NCBI GenBank assembly: GCA_963662545.2
Contig: CAXXLL010000003.1
Coordinates: forward strand, 2,656,001 to 2,720,000
Reading direction: 5' to 3'
Length of the DNA stretch: 64,000 bases
Origin: Gammaproteobacteria bacterium
GTDB lineage: Bacteria; Pseudomonadota; Gammaproteobacteria; Ga0077536
The position numbers and the translations under genes were made by a program. The notes beneath the pieces are model-generated. The model was not told where the DNA came from. It did not search any database and saw only the letters and a program-made list of their open reading frames with translations. This document shows, one piece after another, positions 41,901 to 52,953 of the stretch. How positions within the stretch are numbered: position 1 is the stretch's first letter; every line of letters begins with the position of its first letter.

Positions 41901-42053
41901 CAGTAAACGGGCACGACGACCGCGAGTCTCGCGGAGCGATCCGCCGAAGAACCGCAGGATTCTGACGGATCCCTGAAAGCTATAAGCCTTAGCGAAAAAA
42001 AATTTCAATCCGGAGAAACGTCCCAGCACTAGTGGCGAGAAACAACCAACAAG

Positions 42054-42077
42054 AAACCCCGCACACGGCGGGGCTTT
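42054..42077. terminator. Putative bidirectional intrinsic terminator
   Basis: AAACCCCGC-ACACG-GCGGGGCTTT. Confidence 0.5.
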
Positions 42078-42517
42078 GTATTCTGAAATAGCCTGGTAGC
42101 GTTAAGCTGCTTTACGCCTTTGGAAACCCAATCCCGCGAGCGCAAATCCCATGAGGGTGAGGGTGGCGGGTTCAGGGGTGGAGAAAAGGTGACAGGCTGA
42201 GGAATCCCCATAAAACCCCAACGAAATACAAAGCGATAGATTGATTTGTGGGTTCGTGGAACCTGCATGGCTCGAGTTGATCTCAGTTGTTGCAAGACAA
42301 TCTGTGAACGACGAGGTGAGCCATGCAGGTATTGAAATTGTTACATGAAATGAGCAGCGAAGCGCTATACGGTGTGCATTTGGGTCGTCGACTCTCGGTT
42401 TGGGCGGCGGTCGGCGGTTTACTTCGGGGCCGACGTTTGTGGCTGACGCATATCGGTCGGAGCATAGACAGTGGCACGAGCGAGAAACACGCGATTAAGC
42501 GCGTCGATCGCTTGCTA

Positions 42518-44214
42518 GTGTGCATCCCTAAACGCGATGCGGTTGAAATAAAAAGGAAAATTTGTCGCTTAAGGGATCGAAACCTCCGGTGGGTCGTGAT
42601 CTAATGGAACTTCAAACCTCTGATTTTCCACACAATCATCGACACCACAGGAGGGGGAATGCGTCAGAAACGCACGGCCCAAGCGAGTATATACGAGCTG
42701 TTTGCTGACCATGACCTGGGGCGAGAGCTGCAGGGCATGTCCGAGTGGCTCGATGCTCACCCCAAGGTCCTCACGCCGGTCATGAACGATCTGTGTCGGC
42801 GGGGTTTGAAGCCCACCGGTCGACGCGGACTGTCGGCGGAGTCGGTGCTGCGCTGCGCGGTGCTCAAGCAGCACCGGCAATTGAGTTACGAGGAGCTGGC
42901 CTTTCACCTGCAGGACTCGGCGAGCTTTCAGGCCTTCGCCCGGTTGCCGGGTAATGAACGTCCGAAGAAGTCTGCCTTACAGCGGGTGGTCTCGGCGATC
43001 CAGGTATCGACGTGGGAGTCTATTCATCGCGCCCTGCTGGCGACGGCGAAAGAGACGCGCATTGAGCCGGCACAGCGTGTACGGATTGATAGCACGGTAA
43101 CGGACAGTGCCATCCACGCGCCGAGCGACAGTCATCTGCTGTGGGATGGCGTGCGTGTTGTGGTTCGTCTGCTCGCACAGGCGCGCGAGTTGCCTGGCGC
43201 GCCGGAGTTGTGCTTCGTGAACCACACTCGATTGGCGAAGAAGCGTGCGCGGGCGCTGTGGTATGCGCGTGGTGCGAAGCAACGCCAACGTCTGTATCGC
43301 GATTTGATTGGGGCGACGCGTTCAACCTTGGAAGCGGTAGCGAGGGTACGTGAGCAGCTGCTGAGCCCGGGCGTCACCGGCGTTGAACTGCCGGACTGGC
43401 TAGCGCAGGTAGCGCACTACGAAACACTTGTTCTGCAGGTGATTTCGCAAACTGAGCGGCGGGTGTTCGGCGGTGAGAAGGTCCCCGCGAGCGAGAAGTG
43501 CGTGAGCTTGTTCGAGCCGCATACCGACATCATCATAAAGGGTGCGCGCGACGTTCAGTACGGACACAAAATCAATCTGGCTTCGGGGCGCAGTGGCCTC
43601 ATCCTCGACGTGGTCATCGAGCGAGGCAATCCGGTCGATAGTCAGCGCTTCATGCCGATGCTCGAACGGCATCGAACACACTACGGGACGATGCCACGAC
43701 AGGTCGCCGCCGATGGCGGCTATGCGAGCCTCGACAATCTCCGGGCGGCGAAAGCAGAAGGCATCGAAGACGTTGCCTTCCACAAGAAGCGCGGGCTCGC
43801 GATCGCCGACATGGTCAAGAGTCAGTGGGTCTATCGACGCTTGCGCAACTTCCGCGCCGGCATCGAGGCCGGTATCTCCTGCCTGAAGCGTGCATACGGA
43901 TTGGCACGTTGCACCTGGAAGAGCCTGCCGCACTTCGAAGCCTACGTGTGGTCTTCTGTGGTCGCCTACAACCTCAGCCTGCTCGCGCGCTATCAACTCG
44001 AATAGCGACGTTCACTCGCACTAACTGACCTCCTCGATATCGTCGAACGGGCGACTTTGGGTTGCAGCGCTCTGCGGCCGGCGAACGTACTCACAATTAC
44101 GCTCGAAGAGCCCTTCGACCCCCACCGAACCGCCGCTACCGCTCCAACAACCTACTTTCAACACCTCGATTTCTCCGTGCCCATCGAAGAAAATGCCTGT
44201 TTATGGACGGACAC
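42518..44214 (+). mobile_element. ISNCY-like element copy 1 (1697 bp), 6-bp DR TTGCTA
   Basis: Ends GTGTGCATCCCTAAAC and GTTTATGGACGGACAC; DR at 42512-42517 and 44215-44220. Confidence 0.9.
42659..44005 (+). CDS. ISNCY-family DDE transposase
   Basis: RIDSTV, SLFEPHTDII, ADGGY, FRAGIEAGIS. Confidence 0.9.
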   Translation: MRQKRTAQASIYELFADHDLGRELQGMSEWLDAHPKVLTPVMNDLCRRGLKPTGRRGLSAESVLRCAVLKQHRQLSYEELAFHLQDSASFQAFARLPGNERPKKSALQRVVSAIQVSTWESIHRALLATAKETRIEPAQRVRIDSTVTDSAIHAPSDSHLLWDGVRVVVRLLAQARELPGAPELCFVNHTRLAKKRARALWYARGAKQRQRLYRDLIGATRSTLEAVARVREQLLSPGVTGVELPDWLAQVAHYETLVLQVISQTERRVFGGEKVPASEKCVSLFEPHTDIIIKGARDVQYGHKINLASGRSGLILDVVIERGNPVDSQRFMPMLERHRTHYGTMPRQVAADGGYASLDNLRAAKAEGIEDVAFHKKRGLAIADMVKSQWVYRRLRNFRAGIEAGISCLKRAYGLARCTWKSLPHFEAYVWSSVVAYNLSLLARYQLE

Positions 44215-46645
44215 TTGCTAGGTAATCGTCAGCTCGGTGGTGAGCGTTTGCAGTGGTATCAATGGATAGCTCGGTTATTGGTATCGGACTGTGCGCATCC
44301 GGTGGTGTTGGTGGATTGGTCTAATCTGGATCAACGTCAAGAGCTCTATGTATTGCGGGCGGCCTTAGCGGTCGGTGGTCGAGCCATCCCCGTGTATGAA
44401 GAAGTCGAACACCATTACGCGAGTGTCAAAGCGGAGAAACGCTTTCTGAAGCGACTGAAGGCCATTCTGCCTGCGGGCTGTTGTCCGATCTTGGTCAGTG
44501 ATGCAGGATTTCGGACGCCCTGGTTGAGTCTTGTGGCCTCAATGGGATGGTATTACGTGGGTCGCATCCGTCATCGTCACCTCGTGCGAGGTATGGATGA
44601 GGCGGCATGGCATTCGAACAAAGTGCTCTACGGCCAAGCCAATGCTCGTCCGAAGTCACTGGGTCGTTTTTTGATCACGAAAAGTAATCCGCTGGACACC
44701 CATTTATTCGTTTACAAAGGTAAGAAACGCGGGCGTGTCTGCTATACGGCTTACGGCAAACCGGCGCGGGCTCGCAATACCGAGAAACCGTCGGCAGCGG
44801 CGCGTGAGCCGTGGTTATTGGCCAGCAATCTGCCGGACAACCTTCGTAGTGCGCATCGGGTAGTTGCCGTGTATCGTCGCCGCATGCAGATTGAAGAGAG
44901 CTTCCGCGACATGAAGTCGCCCCGTTACGGCTTTGCACTTAGAGAAAACATGGGACGTGATCCCGAGAGAGTGGCGAACTTACTCTTGCTGTGCGCATTG
45001 GCCACACTGGCCCAATGGTTGGTCGGCTTGGTCGGTTACCAAACAGGTTTAGTGAAAGGTTTACAGGCCAATACCGAAAGACGTAAACCCGTCCTATCAG
45101 TGGTGTTCGTTGGTGCGCGCCTCATTGCCAAGCAACTTCAAATCCGGCGCTCAACTTTATTACAGGCGCTCCGGGATCTACAGGCACGCGCCATTGTGCA
45201 ACTTGAATTTTGCTAGTCGAATTTGTGGGGATCCCTCAGGGTGACAGGTTTATTTGAGTGAACCATATCTCCAAAGTGACCCGGTGGGGCTTGCCGGTGG
45301 TATTAATACCTATGCCTACGCCAACAGCAACCCCTTACGTTGGATAGATTTATATGGGTTAACTGCGACTTGTCCTCTAATTCCGCCTGGTTTAGGCGAT
45401 TCGATGTGGACATCCGACCGCGGTTCACGCTTCTTTCATTGTGGCTTACGAGTTTTTAGGGAGAATCGCAAACCCACACCGTGCGACCCCACCGCAGAAT
45501 GTGTTTATGACTGACCCTGTCCGGCGCTGAACTCAAGGCCATCCTCGAAGACGTCGCTGATAACCTGTTCAATCCCGACCCGTATTTTCAGCAGGGCGGT
45601 GACATGGTGCGCACCGCCGGGATCGGTTATCGCCTGCGTGCACACGCGCAAGCCGGGGAGCGCATCGAGAATCTGACTAAGCTGCCAGGCCGCGATCCGA
45701 TTGAAGCGTCGCGACAATATGTGCTCACAGGTTGGGCCTCGGTCAACGAAAATGTCGAGGGCCCGGCAGTTTACGACGTCGTCAGCGAGCATATCGAGAA
45801 CCTCGATGATGACGTCCATGTAGCGCCGAACACCGCCGTGCAGTTCGTCGTCTAATCAGGTCGCAAAGCCCCTGAATACGGTCGGTAGCGCGCGGATCTC
45901 CTGCACGAGATCGGGAGGCAGGTCATCGGCGGCCATCTCGAACGTCAGGGCCCCTCGAGCCGCACGATGACGATGGCCTGGCCCAGGTCCTCGGTAGTTC
46001 GATTACCTACCGCATCGCCTTCGGCCCCCGCCAGGGACACAAGGCCTTCATGCTACAAACGCGCCCCGCGCAAGATGAACACACACCTACCAGCGAGCGC
46101 TTGGCCAAGGCCGCGGGCTTCTCCCTACACGCGGGCGTGGCGGCCGAACCCTGGGAGCGCAACAAACTCCAACGTCTCGCCCGTTACCTCACTCGCCCCG
46201 CGATCGCAGAGCAACGCCTCGCGCTAACTGCACAAGGCCTCGTCAGGTACGAACTCAAAACCCCTTATCGCGACGGCACCACCCACGTGTTCTTCGAGCC
46301 CCTGGACCTCATGGCCCGCCTCGCCGCACTCATCCTCAAACCGCGCGTCAATCTGATCCGATTTGATGGGGAACATCCCTGTTCCCCACCCTTCGGGCAA
46401 CCTTCGGTTGTCCAAATTTATTCCCGATAAATTTGTCACGGTGTCTTTGCCCCGAATAGCCCGCATCGCGCCGCCGTCACGCCCGCCCGACGCGGCCGCA
46501 AGCAATCCGATGCAAAGCCCGACAAAACACCCGCCCAACAACGCGCCACCATGAGCCTTAAGCACAAAGACTCAAACGTGTGTTCAATATCGATATCGAG
46601 ACCTGTGAGGCCTGCGGGGGGCATGTCAAGATCATCGCCTGCATC

Positions 46646-46692
46646 CGACTGCAGGGATGCAGGAGGTAGAGCAATGCAGGAGCAATTGCCGA
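46646..46692 (+). mobile_element. 47-bp hairpin mini-insertion
   Basis: CGACTGCAGGGATGCAGGAGGTAGAGCAATGCAGGAGCAATTGCCGA between codons ATC and GAA. Confidence 0.85.
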
Positions 46693-47027
46693 GAAGACCC
46701 CGACCTTATCCAACGCATCCTCGACCATCTCGACCGTCATACCGAACCGACCCGAGCTGTCAACGCGCATCCCGCCCGCGCGCCGCCGCAACTGCCCCTG
46801 CTCGGACTCAACGATTGAGCCCAACAGCCACACGCAGCACGGATGCCAGGCCTCGCCAGCGACGGTCTCCGCGACACTCGACCGCAAGGCTAATCCGTCG
46901 ACTTCACGCCCCGCTCAGCCGTTCAGTGACACGCGATAACCCGATTTCACACGCCTGACCCCTACGTCTGCCCCACTTCCGCCTTCGTCAACCGCGCTCC
47001 AACCCGCGCGTCAGCGCATGAATGCGG

Positions 47028-47049
47028 GCGTTGTACTTCCTATTCTCCC
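47028..47049 (+). other. Putative oriIS (also 54691-54712)
   Basis: Resembles ISCR oriIS GCGTTTGAACTTCCTATACxC; similarity between copies B and C ends exactly here. Confidence 0.75.
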
Positions 47050-47200
47050 GCAGATGTACTTTTTCGAAGATCGTGCGTTGGTGTTCTGGAGTCTTGTCCT
47101 GCCCGGCTCGGATCGTGAGGTCGACGGCGTCGACGTGATGACCTTTACGGATGACGAACGTATCGCAGTAAAGGATGCCTACTGCAAGGCCTTTAGCTAG
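47050..47200 (+). pseudogene. SnoaL-like C-terminal fragment
   Basis: VDGVDVMTF...I..KDAYCK. Confidence 0.55.
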
Positions 47201-48896
47201 TGTGCATCCCTAAACGCGATGCGGTTGAAATAAAAAGGAAAATTTGTCGCTTAAGGGATCGAAACCTCCGGTGGGTCGTGATCTAATGGAACTTCAAACC
47301 TCTGATTTTCCACACAATCATCGACACCACAGGAGGGGGAATGCGTCAGAAACGCACGGCCCAAGCGAGTATATACGAGCTGTTTGCTGACCATGACCTG
47401 GGGCGAGAGCTGCAGGGCATGTCCGAGTGGCTCGATGCTCACCCCAAGGTCCTCACGCCGGTCATGAACGATCTGTGTCGGCGGGGTTTGAAGCCCACCG
47501 GTCGACGCGGACTGTCGGCGGAGTCGGTGCTGCGCTGCGCGGTGCTCAAGCAGCACCGGCAATTGAGTTACGAGGAGCTGGCCTTTCACCTGCAGGACTC
47601 GGCGAGCTTTCAGGCCTTCGCCCGGTTGCCGGGTAATGAACGTCCGAAGAAGTCTGCCTTACAGCGGGTGGTCTCGGCGATCCAGGTATCGACGTGGGAG
47701 TCTATTCATCGCGCCCTGCTGGCGACGGCGAAAGAGACGCGCATTGAGCCGGCACAGCGTGTACGGATTGATAGCACGGTAACGGACAGTGCCATCCACG
47801 CGCCGAGCGACAGTCATCTGCTGTGGGATGGCGTGCGTGTTGTGGTTCGTCTGCTCGCACAGGCGCGCGAGTTGCCTGGCGCGCCGGAGTTGTGCTTCGT
47901 GAACCACACTCGATTGGCGAAGAAGCGTGCGCGGGCGCTGTGGTATGCGCGTGGTGCGAAGCAACGCCAACGTCTGTATCGCGATTTGATTGGGGCGACG
48001 CGTTCAACCTTGGAAGCGGTAGCGAGGGTACGTGAGCAGCTGCTGAGCCCGGGCGTCACCGGCGTTGAACTGCCGGACTGGCTAGCGCAGGTAGCGCACT
48101 ACGAAACACTTGTTCTGCAGGTGATTTCGCAAACTGAGCGGCGGGTGTTCGGCGGTGAGAAGGTCCCCGCGAGCGAGAAGTGCGTGAGCTTGTTCGAGCC
48201 GCATACCGACATCATCATAAAGGGTGCGCGCGACGTTCAGTACGGACACAAAATCAATCTGGCTTCGGGGCGCAGTGGCCTCATCCTCGACGTGGTCATC
48301 GAGCGAGGCAATCCGGTCGATAGTCAGCGCTTCATGCCGATGCTCGAACGGCATCGAACACACTACGGGACGATGCCACGACAGGTCGCCGCCGATGGCG
48401 GCTATGCGAGCCTCGACAATCTCCGGGCGGCGAAAGCAGAAGGCATCGAAGACGTTGCCTTCCACAAGAAGCGCGGGCTCGCGATCGCCGACATGGTCAA
48501 GAGTCAGTGGGTCTATCGACGCTTGCGCAACTTCCGCGCCGGCATCGAGGCCGGTATCTCCTGCCTGAAGCGTGCATACGGATTGGCACGTTGCACCTGG
48601 AAGAGCCTGCCGCACTTCGAAGCCTACGTGTGGTCTTCTGTGGTCGCCTACAACCTCAGCCTGCTCGCGCGCTATCAACTCGAATAGCGACGTTCACTCG
48701 CACTAACTGACCTCCTCGATATCGTCGAACGGGCGACTTTGGGTTGCAGCGCTCTGCGGCCGGCGAACGTACTCACAATTACGCTCGAAGAGCCCTTCGA
48801 CCCCCACCGAACCGCCGCTACCGCTCCAACAACCTACTTTCAACACCTCGATTTCTCCGTGCCCATCGAAGAAAATGCCTGTTTATGGACGGACAC
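47200..48896 (+). mobile_element. ISNCY-like element copy 2
   Basis: Matches 42518-44214; flanks TAGCTA and TTGCTA (imperfect DR). Confidence 0.9.
47341..48687 (+). CDS. ISNCY-family transposase
   Basis: Same protein as 42659-44005. Confidence 0.9.
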   Translation: MRQKRTAQASIYELFADHDLGRELQGMSEWLDAHPKVLTPVMNDLCRRGLKPTGRRGLSAESVLRCAVLKQHRQLSYEELAFHLQDSASFQAFARLPGNERPKKSALQRVVSAIQVSTWESIHRALLATAKETRIEPAQRVRIDSTVTDSAIHAPSDSHLLWDGVRVVVRLLAQARELPGAPELCFVNHTRLAKKRARALWYARGAKQRQRLYRDLIGATRSTLEAVARVREQLLSPGVTGVELPDWLAQVAHYETLVLQVISQTERRVFGGEKVPASEKCVSLFEPHTDIIIKGARDVQYGHKINLASGRSGLILDVVIERGNPVDSQRFMPMLERHRTHYGTMPRQVAADGGYASLDNLRAAKAEGIEDVAFHKKRGLAIADMVKSQWVYRRLRNFRAGIEAGISCLKRAYGLARCTWKSLPHFEAYVWSSVVAYNLSLLARYQLE

Positions 48897-48910
48897 TTGC
48901 TAGGCGCCTG

Positions 48911-48985
48911 TTCGCCGACAAGTCGGCTCCTACGGTGGCTATCGCTCAGAACGGAGACACCTGTAGGAGCCGGCTTGCCGGCGAA
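48911..48985. repeat. Inverted pair of GTAG-type REP sequences (REPIN-like)
   Basis: TTCGCCGACAAGTCGGCTCCTAC ... GTAGGAGCCGGCTTGCCGGCGAA. Confidence 0.8.
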
Positions 48986-50137
48986 TCACTCAAACAAACC
49001 TTCAAACCAAGGCAGAATCAGTTCCTGATTGATCGAATACGTATACGCATGCCCCCACTCTGGAAGCTCTTTATACGTCACCTCCGCGAATCCATTTTCC
49101 ACGAGCGTGGCGTTCGCCATACGCGCGCCCCGTACGGGAAAGATAAAGTCCTGCCCGCCATGAATAATGAGAAACGGCAATGCTTTGGCTTTTTGCAGGT
49201 CCAGCCACGGCGCTAAAACGGCGGCGATGGGGGCAACTGCTGCAAAAAGATCCGGACGGCTCGTAGCTAACGCATACGAAAACGTCCCACCGTCCGATAA
49301 GCCAGAGACAAGAATTCGATCCGAATCAATGGCGTATTGTTCACCTACAGTCGTCAGCATCGCGGTAATGGACAAAACATCCGCGTCGGGATTGTCGACA
49401 GCCCAGGTGGGGCCGAGCGATTTCGGTGACAGAATAAAATATCCGTTGCTTTTTGCCGCTCGTAGCCACGTGAGCAGATACTCGTCATTCGCCCCGCTAC
49501 CGCCGTGCAGGGCGATAATCAATGGCCAATGTCGCTCGGGCACATAGTTCTCTGGCACATAGAGCGAATAGGCTCCATGTTCACTTGACCGTTGGTGATG
49601 CAGAATGCCGACCTCATGTTCGCTGGCGGCGACGCTCTCTTCCAGCGCGGGAAGATCGGCGACCACATCCGGAAGAACCCAATACTGCTGGAGGGTCGGC
49701 GTGTAATGGCGGATGTCGTACAAAAGAAATCGCGCTCGGGCGAACGTGTCGCGACTTTGTATAAAGACACCGATAAAATTGGAATCTTTTCGTACAAAAA
49801 TGCCATACGTCGTATAGAGCAGGCCGACGGCGTCAAACCAGGTCTCATGGAAGGCTTTACGTTCCGGTGGTGGCGTCAGTTTTTCAAATTCCGACCGAAT
49901 ATGGGCAAACTGATCACCGACTGCCTGGCTGAGTTCGGCTTGGAGTTGCGTAAACTTCGCGGGATGAAGCTGTTCCTGCAGGGTTTCAAATGTGCGCAGA
50001 AAGTAAAGCACCTGTTCTTCTTGGCGCGCAATGACTGAGTAGTAGTCTCCGTCGGCCAAAGCTGGTAAAGAAAAGAGCGTAATAGGAGCGGGTGTAAGAA
50101 CGTAAAAAAATAGGGCTGTCAGCCGAGTGCGAAGCAT
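48986..50137 (-). CDS. Exported alpha/beta hydrolase (esterase/PHB depolymerase-like)
   Basis: Signal peptide, PLIIALHG, GLSDGG nucleophile elbow, HGGQD, GH. Confidence 0.8.
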   Translation of the reverse strand: MLRTRLTALFFYVLTPAPITLFSLPALADGDYYSVIARQEEQVLYFLRTFETLQEQLHPAKFTQLQAELSQAVGDQFAHIRSEFEKLTPPPERKAFHETWFDAVGLLYTTYGIFVRKDSNFIGVFIQSRDTFARARFLLYDIRHYTPTLQQYWVLPDVVADLPALEESVAASEHEVGILHHQRSSEHGAYSLYVPENYVPERHWPLIIALHGGSGANDEYLLTWLRAAKSNGYFILSPKSLGPTWAVDNPDADVLSITAMLTTVGEQYAIDSDRILVSGLSDGGTFSYALATSRPDLFAAVAPIAAVLAPWLDLQKAKALPFLIIHGGQDFIFPVRGARMANATLVENGFAEVTYKELPEWGHAYTYSINQELILPWFEGLFE

Positions 50138-50243
50138 GCCGGGAGATTGTATCAATCTAGCCAAGGGACGGGCTAATAACTTTCGGACACCATTGCCAAA
50201 CACCGCTGTCCTTTGAGACATTCCGCGACCATGTCGAGATATA

Positions 50244-51599
50244 GTGCCAAGTAAATCTATACCTTTTCGTCCTCGTGCCTGGCGCTCGCATACGGCGCCC
50301 GCCATCTGTCTCGGCTTTGTCGGCACGATATCGGCGATGAGCGCGTCCGCCTTCGAGCCCGTCACATACGGCCCGCTCGAAGCAGCATTCGGTATCACCG
50401 CCATCGCGAGCGCGCAGCAGGGTAGCGGGGTTAATTTCGGTTTCGGCGCTTTCGACCACCCGGGCGATGCCGCGCGTACCGTGGTGTCGGCCTCGATCGA
50501 ACCGCGCCTCGGATTGACGTGGGCGCTCGATCGGTCGACGTTATACGGGGCCGCCTCGGTCGTCGCGGCCGGCACCTTTTTCGACGGTGAGATCGCCGGC
50601 CAATTCGGCCGCTCGGGCGACGACGCATTCGACAACGACGAAGCGCATCTCGGCTGGCGTAATGACCTGTTCGACGTCTCGGTCGGGGCGCAGGAATTCA
50701 TCGTCGGCGACGGTTTGTTGATCGGCGATGGTAATTTCGACACCGGCGCCGACGACGGTCAGTACTGGCTGCTGCCGTTCACCGCGTGGCGTAACTCGGT
50801 GATCGCGAAACTCACCCACGAGCACCTGCGCGGGCAGCTGTTCTGGCTACGCAGCGATCGGGATTTCGGCGACGCCTATGTCGCCGGAATCAACCTCGAA
50901 AGCGAATTCGGAGCGGAATACGGCACGCTCGGGTTCATGTATGCCGAAGTGTTGCAGGGCAATCAATTCAATTACGACGGCATCGAGGTATGGAACGTGC
51001 GGGGCGCCGAAATCCGGCATCCCTTGATCCCGAACCTGACGCTGTTCGGTGAATACGTGGCCGAGCGCGGGCGTGACGACGACGGCGCGGGCGCCGACAA
51101 CGAGGCGAGCGGCTGGTATATCGAGGCGCGATACGCCATGCCCGGACTGCCATGGTCGCCCGCGGTTCACTACCGCTACATGCATCTGTCCGGCGACGAA
51201 CTCGACACGCCGGAGAATGAGGAATTCCGCGGGCTCTTCTTCACCACCGGCACGCGCGGCTGGGATACCTGGTATCAAGGTGAGATCGCGAGCCAGTACC
51301 ACCTGTTCAACCAGAACCAAGTGACGCAGATGGTCAAGGTGACCGCCTCACCGGCGCAGCGCTGGACCGTGTCGCTCTACTACTACCGCTTCGACTTGGA
51401 AGAGCCGCAGTTCCTCGGCACGCCGGTTTCGAGCACCGACTGGGCCGACGAATATAACCTGATGCTTGAATACGCTTTGGGCGAACGGTTGTACGTCTTT
51501 ACTGCGCTGTCCTGGTCACCGCCCGGCAACGCGGTGAAGCAACTCTTCGGCGACGACGACTTCACGGTGTTGGAGACGTTTTTCGTGTACACGTTTTGA
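50244..51599 (+). CDS. Outer-membrane beta-barrel (alginate-export/porin-like)
   Basis: Signal peptide, SVGAQEFIVGDGLLI, SGD, amphipathic strands, terminal YTF. Confidence 0.7.
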   Translation: MPSKSIPFRPRAWRSHTAPAICLGFVGTISAMSASAFEPVTYGPLEAAFGITAIASAQQGSGVNFGFGAFDHPGDAARTVVSASIEPRLGLTWALDRSTLYGAASVVAAGTFFDGEIAGQFGRSGDDAFDNDEAHLGWRNDLFDVSVGAQEFIVGDGLLIGDGNFDTGADDGQYWLLPFTAWRNSVIAKLTHEHLRGQLFWLRSDRDFGDAYVAGINLESEFGAEYGTLGFMYAEVLQGNQFNYDGIEVWNVRGAEIRHPLIPNLTLFGEYVAERGRDDDGAGADNEASGWYIEARYAMPGLPWSPAVHYRYMHLSGDELDTPENEEFRGLFFTTGTRGWDTWYQGEIASQYHLFNQNQVTQMVKVTASPAQRWTVSLYYYRFDLEEPQFLGTPVSSTDWADEYNLMLEYALGERLYVFTALSWSPPGNAVKQLFGDDDFTVLETFFVYTF

Positions 51600-51632
51600 A
51601 CACGCAACAGGACGACGCCAGCGTTATAGCCC

Positions 51633-52217
51633 CTATTCGATCATCCCTATCGTCGCCGCGCGGAGATCCTTGCCGGGAGCGGCAACGGCGGCTGAGGATT
51701 GGTCCTCGCGGGCCCGTTCGTCGAAGAGGATCTCCTCGATCGATGCGTCTACGAGTGAGTTGTCGTAGGCGATATCCACCACCACTTGACGGCCCGGAAA
51801 CTCGAGGGTGAGCGAGCCGAGAGCGATCGGCTCGGCCGTGCTGACCTGGGTTGTGATGAGGATCGGCGTTCGGTCCTCCGCGTTATTCGCCGCCAGCACT
51901 TGGAAAAGCGTCTGCGCGAACATGCGTACCGCCTCGCCCTCGAAGGCGCCGACATCCCGGCTGGCCCACACGAGTTCGTCGTCTTTGAATTTCACGATTC
52001 CGACGGTGTTCGCTGACGGATTTCCCGCGTGTATCACATAGGTTTCGGCGAGCAACTCCAGAACTTTGTACTCCGTGCGAAGCGACTCGAGCAGCGTTTC
52101 TTTGTCGTCACCGAGCGAGGCTTGAACCTCCCCGATGTCGATCGGCTCGGACGCGGCGACCGGGAGCGAACCGCCCCAGATGAAGAGAGCCAGTAAAACG
52201 GAGGATATGATTCTCAT
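51633..52217 (-). CDS. Hypothetical exported protein
   Basis: RBS AGGAGA, signal peptide, coding-like composition. Confidence 0.65.
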   Translation of the reverse strand: MRIISSVLLALFIWGGSLPVAASEPIDIGEVQASLGDDKETLLESLRTEYKVLELLAETYVIHAGNPSANTVGIVKFKDDELVWASRDVGAFEGEAVRMFAQTLFQVLAANNAEDRTPILITTQVSTAEPIALGSLTLEFPGRQVVVDIAYDNSLVDASIEEILFDERAREDQSSAAVAAPGKDLRAATIGMIE

Positions 52218-52437
52218 CGGTTGTCTCCTGTAAGTGGGCGGCGCCTGCGGGAATATAAGACAAACAAAGCCTGTTTTTGGTGTGTGCGAAACTAAAGGAC
52301 ACGGTGGATCCTTTTGCACCGCCAGCCCCGTTCGAATGTAATCCCCCTGCCTATGCCGGACGACGGGGGAACCTCGTGATACTACATCCAGGCGAATCGG
52401 AGTCGGTTAGCGGAGGGTAATCAGCCATAATGTCCTG

Positions 52438-52488
52438 CGGCACAATCGGCACAATCGGCACAATCGGCACAATCGGCACAATCGGCAC
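52438..52488. repeat. Tandem repeat (CGGCACAAT) x5.7
   Basis: Directly visible; intergenic. Confidence 0.95.
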
Positions 52489-52608
52489 TTCGATTCGTGC
52501 GCGCACTGCCGGAACCAAGACGGTTACGCTAACGCTGGATGTCAGAAACGCGATTCACGGCCTAGAAGTGTGACCGTTTGGCTAGTCGCTGCGTTCTAAT
52601 ACTAGAAC

Positions 52609-52953
52609 TTACTGTTTTGCCTTATACGCCCGCAGGGCCAGGTTAAACTGGTTGGCTACCGCTTCCATGTTGTCAACCATCTGATTGTGGCTTTCGATCA
52701 TTGCGGCTTTCATCGCCAGTGCTTCTTCGTCATCGCCGAGCGTGCCTCCGGCTTCGGTCAAGCATTCCAGGTAAGCATTCGCCGCATCCATGTAGGTCTT
52801 GACCGCTTTCTGCGCGCCGATCAGATCCTCTTCGGTCGCTTTTTCTCCGTCGGGAATACCGGGTTCGGCAGGGGTGCTACACCTCTTGGCCGCGAGCGCC
52901 GGCTGCGCCGCGAGCAGGGCGATGGTCAACAAGGTCGTCGTAAGTAATTTCAT
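52609..52953 (-). CDS. Small exported helical protein with a Cys pair
   Basis: Signal peptide; C..P..P.IPDG..AT...YLECL; RBS GGAGG. Confidence 0.75.
   Translation of the reverse strand: MKLLTTTLLTIALLAAQPALAAKRCSTPAEPGIPDGEKATEEDLIGAQKAVKTYMDAANAYLECLTEAGGTLGDDEEALAMKAAMIESHNQMVDNMEAVANQFNLALRAYKAKQ

Larger units (their letters stand above)
42197..45239 (+). mobile_element. IS10-group element copy 2, interrupted by ISNCY
   Basis: Same ends and the same GGTGACAGG DR as copy 1; transposase split at RLL|GN. Confidence 0.93.
42179..46552 (+). repeat. Segmental duplication, copy B
   Basis: Matches 36263-39014. Confidence 0.9.
45928..47049 (+). mobile_element. IS91/ISCR-like remnant B with oriIS
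   Basis: Transposase C-half incl. AQRLKRVFNIDIETC..CGG...IIACI|EDP; ends GCGTTGTACTTCCTATTCTCCC. Confidence 0.88.

Noticed and set aside
44062-45216. Functional 384-aa transposase ORF
   Set aside because: Read-through from the ISNCY end into the C-terminal part of the interrupted IS10-like gene
52438-52488. CRISPR array
   Set aside because: 9-bp unit, no spacers, no cas genes
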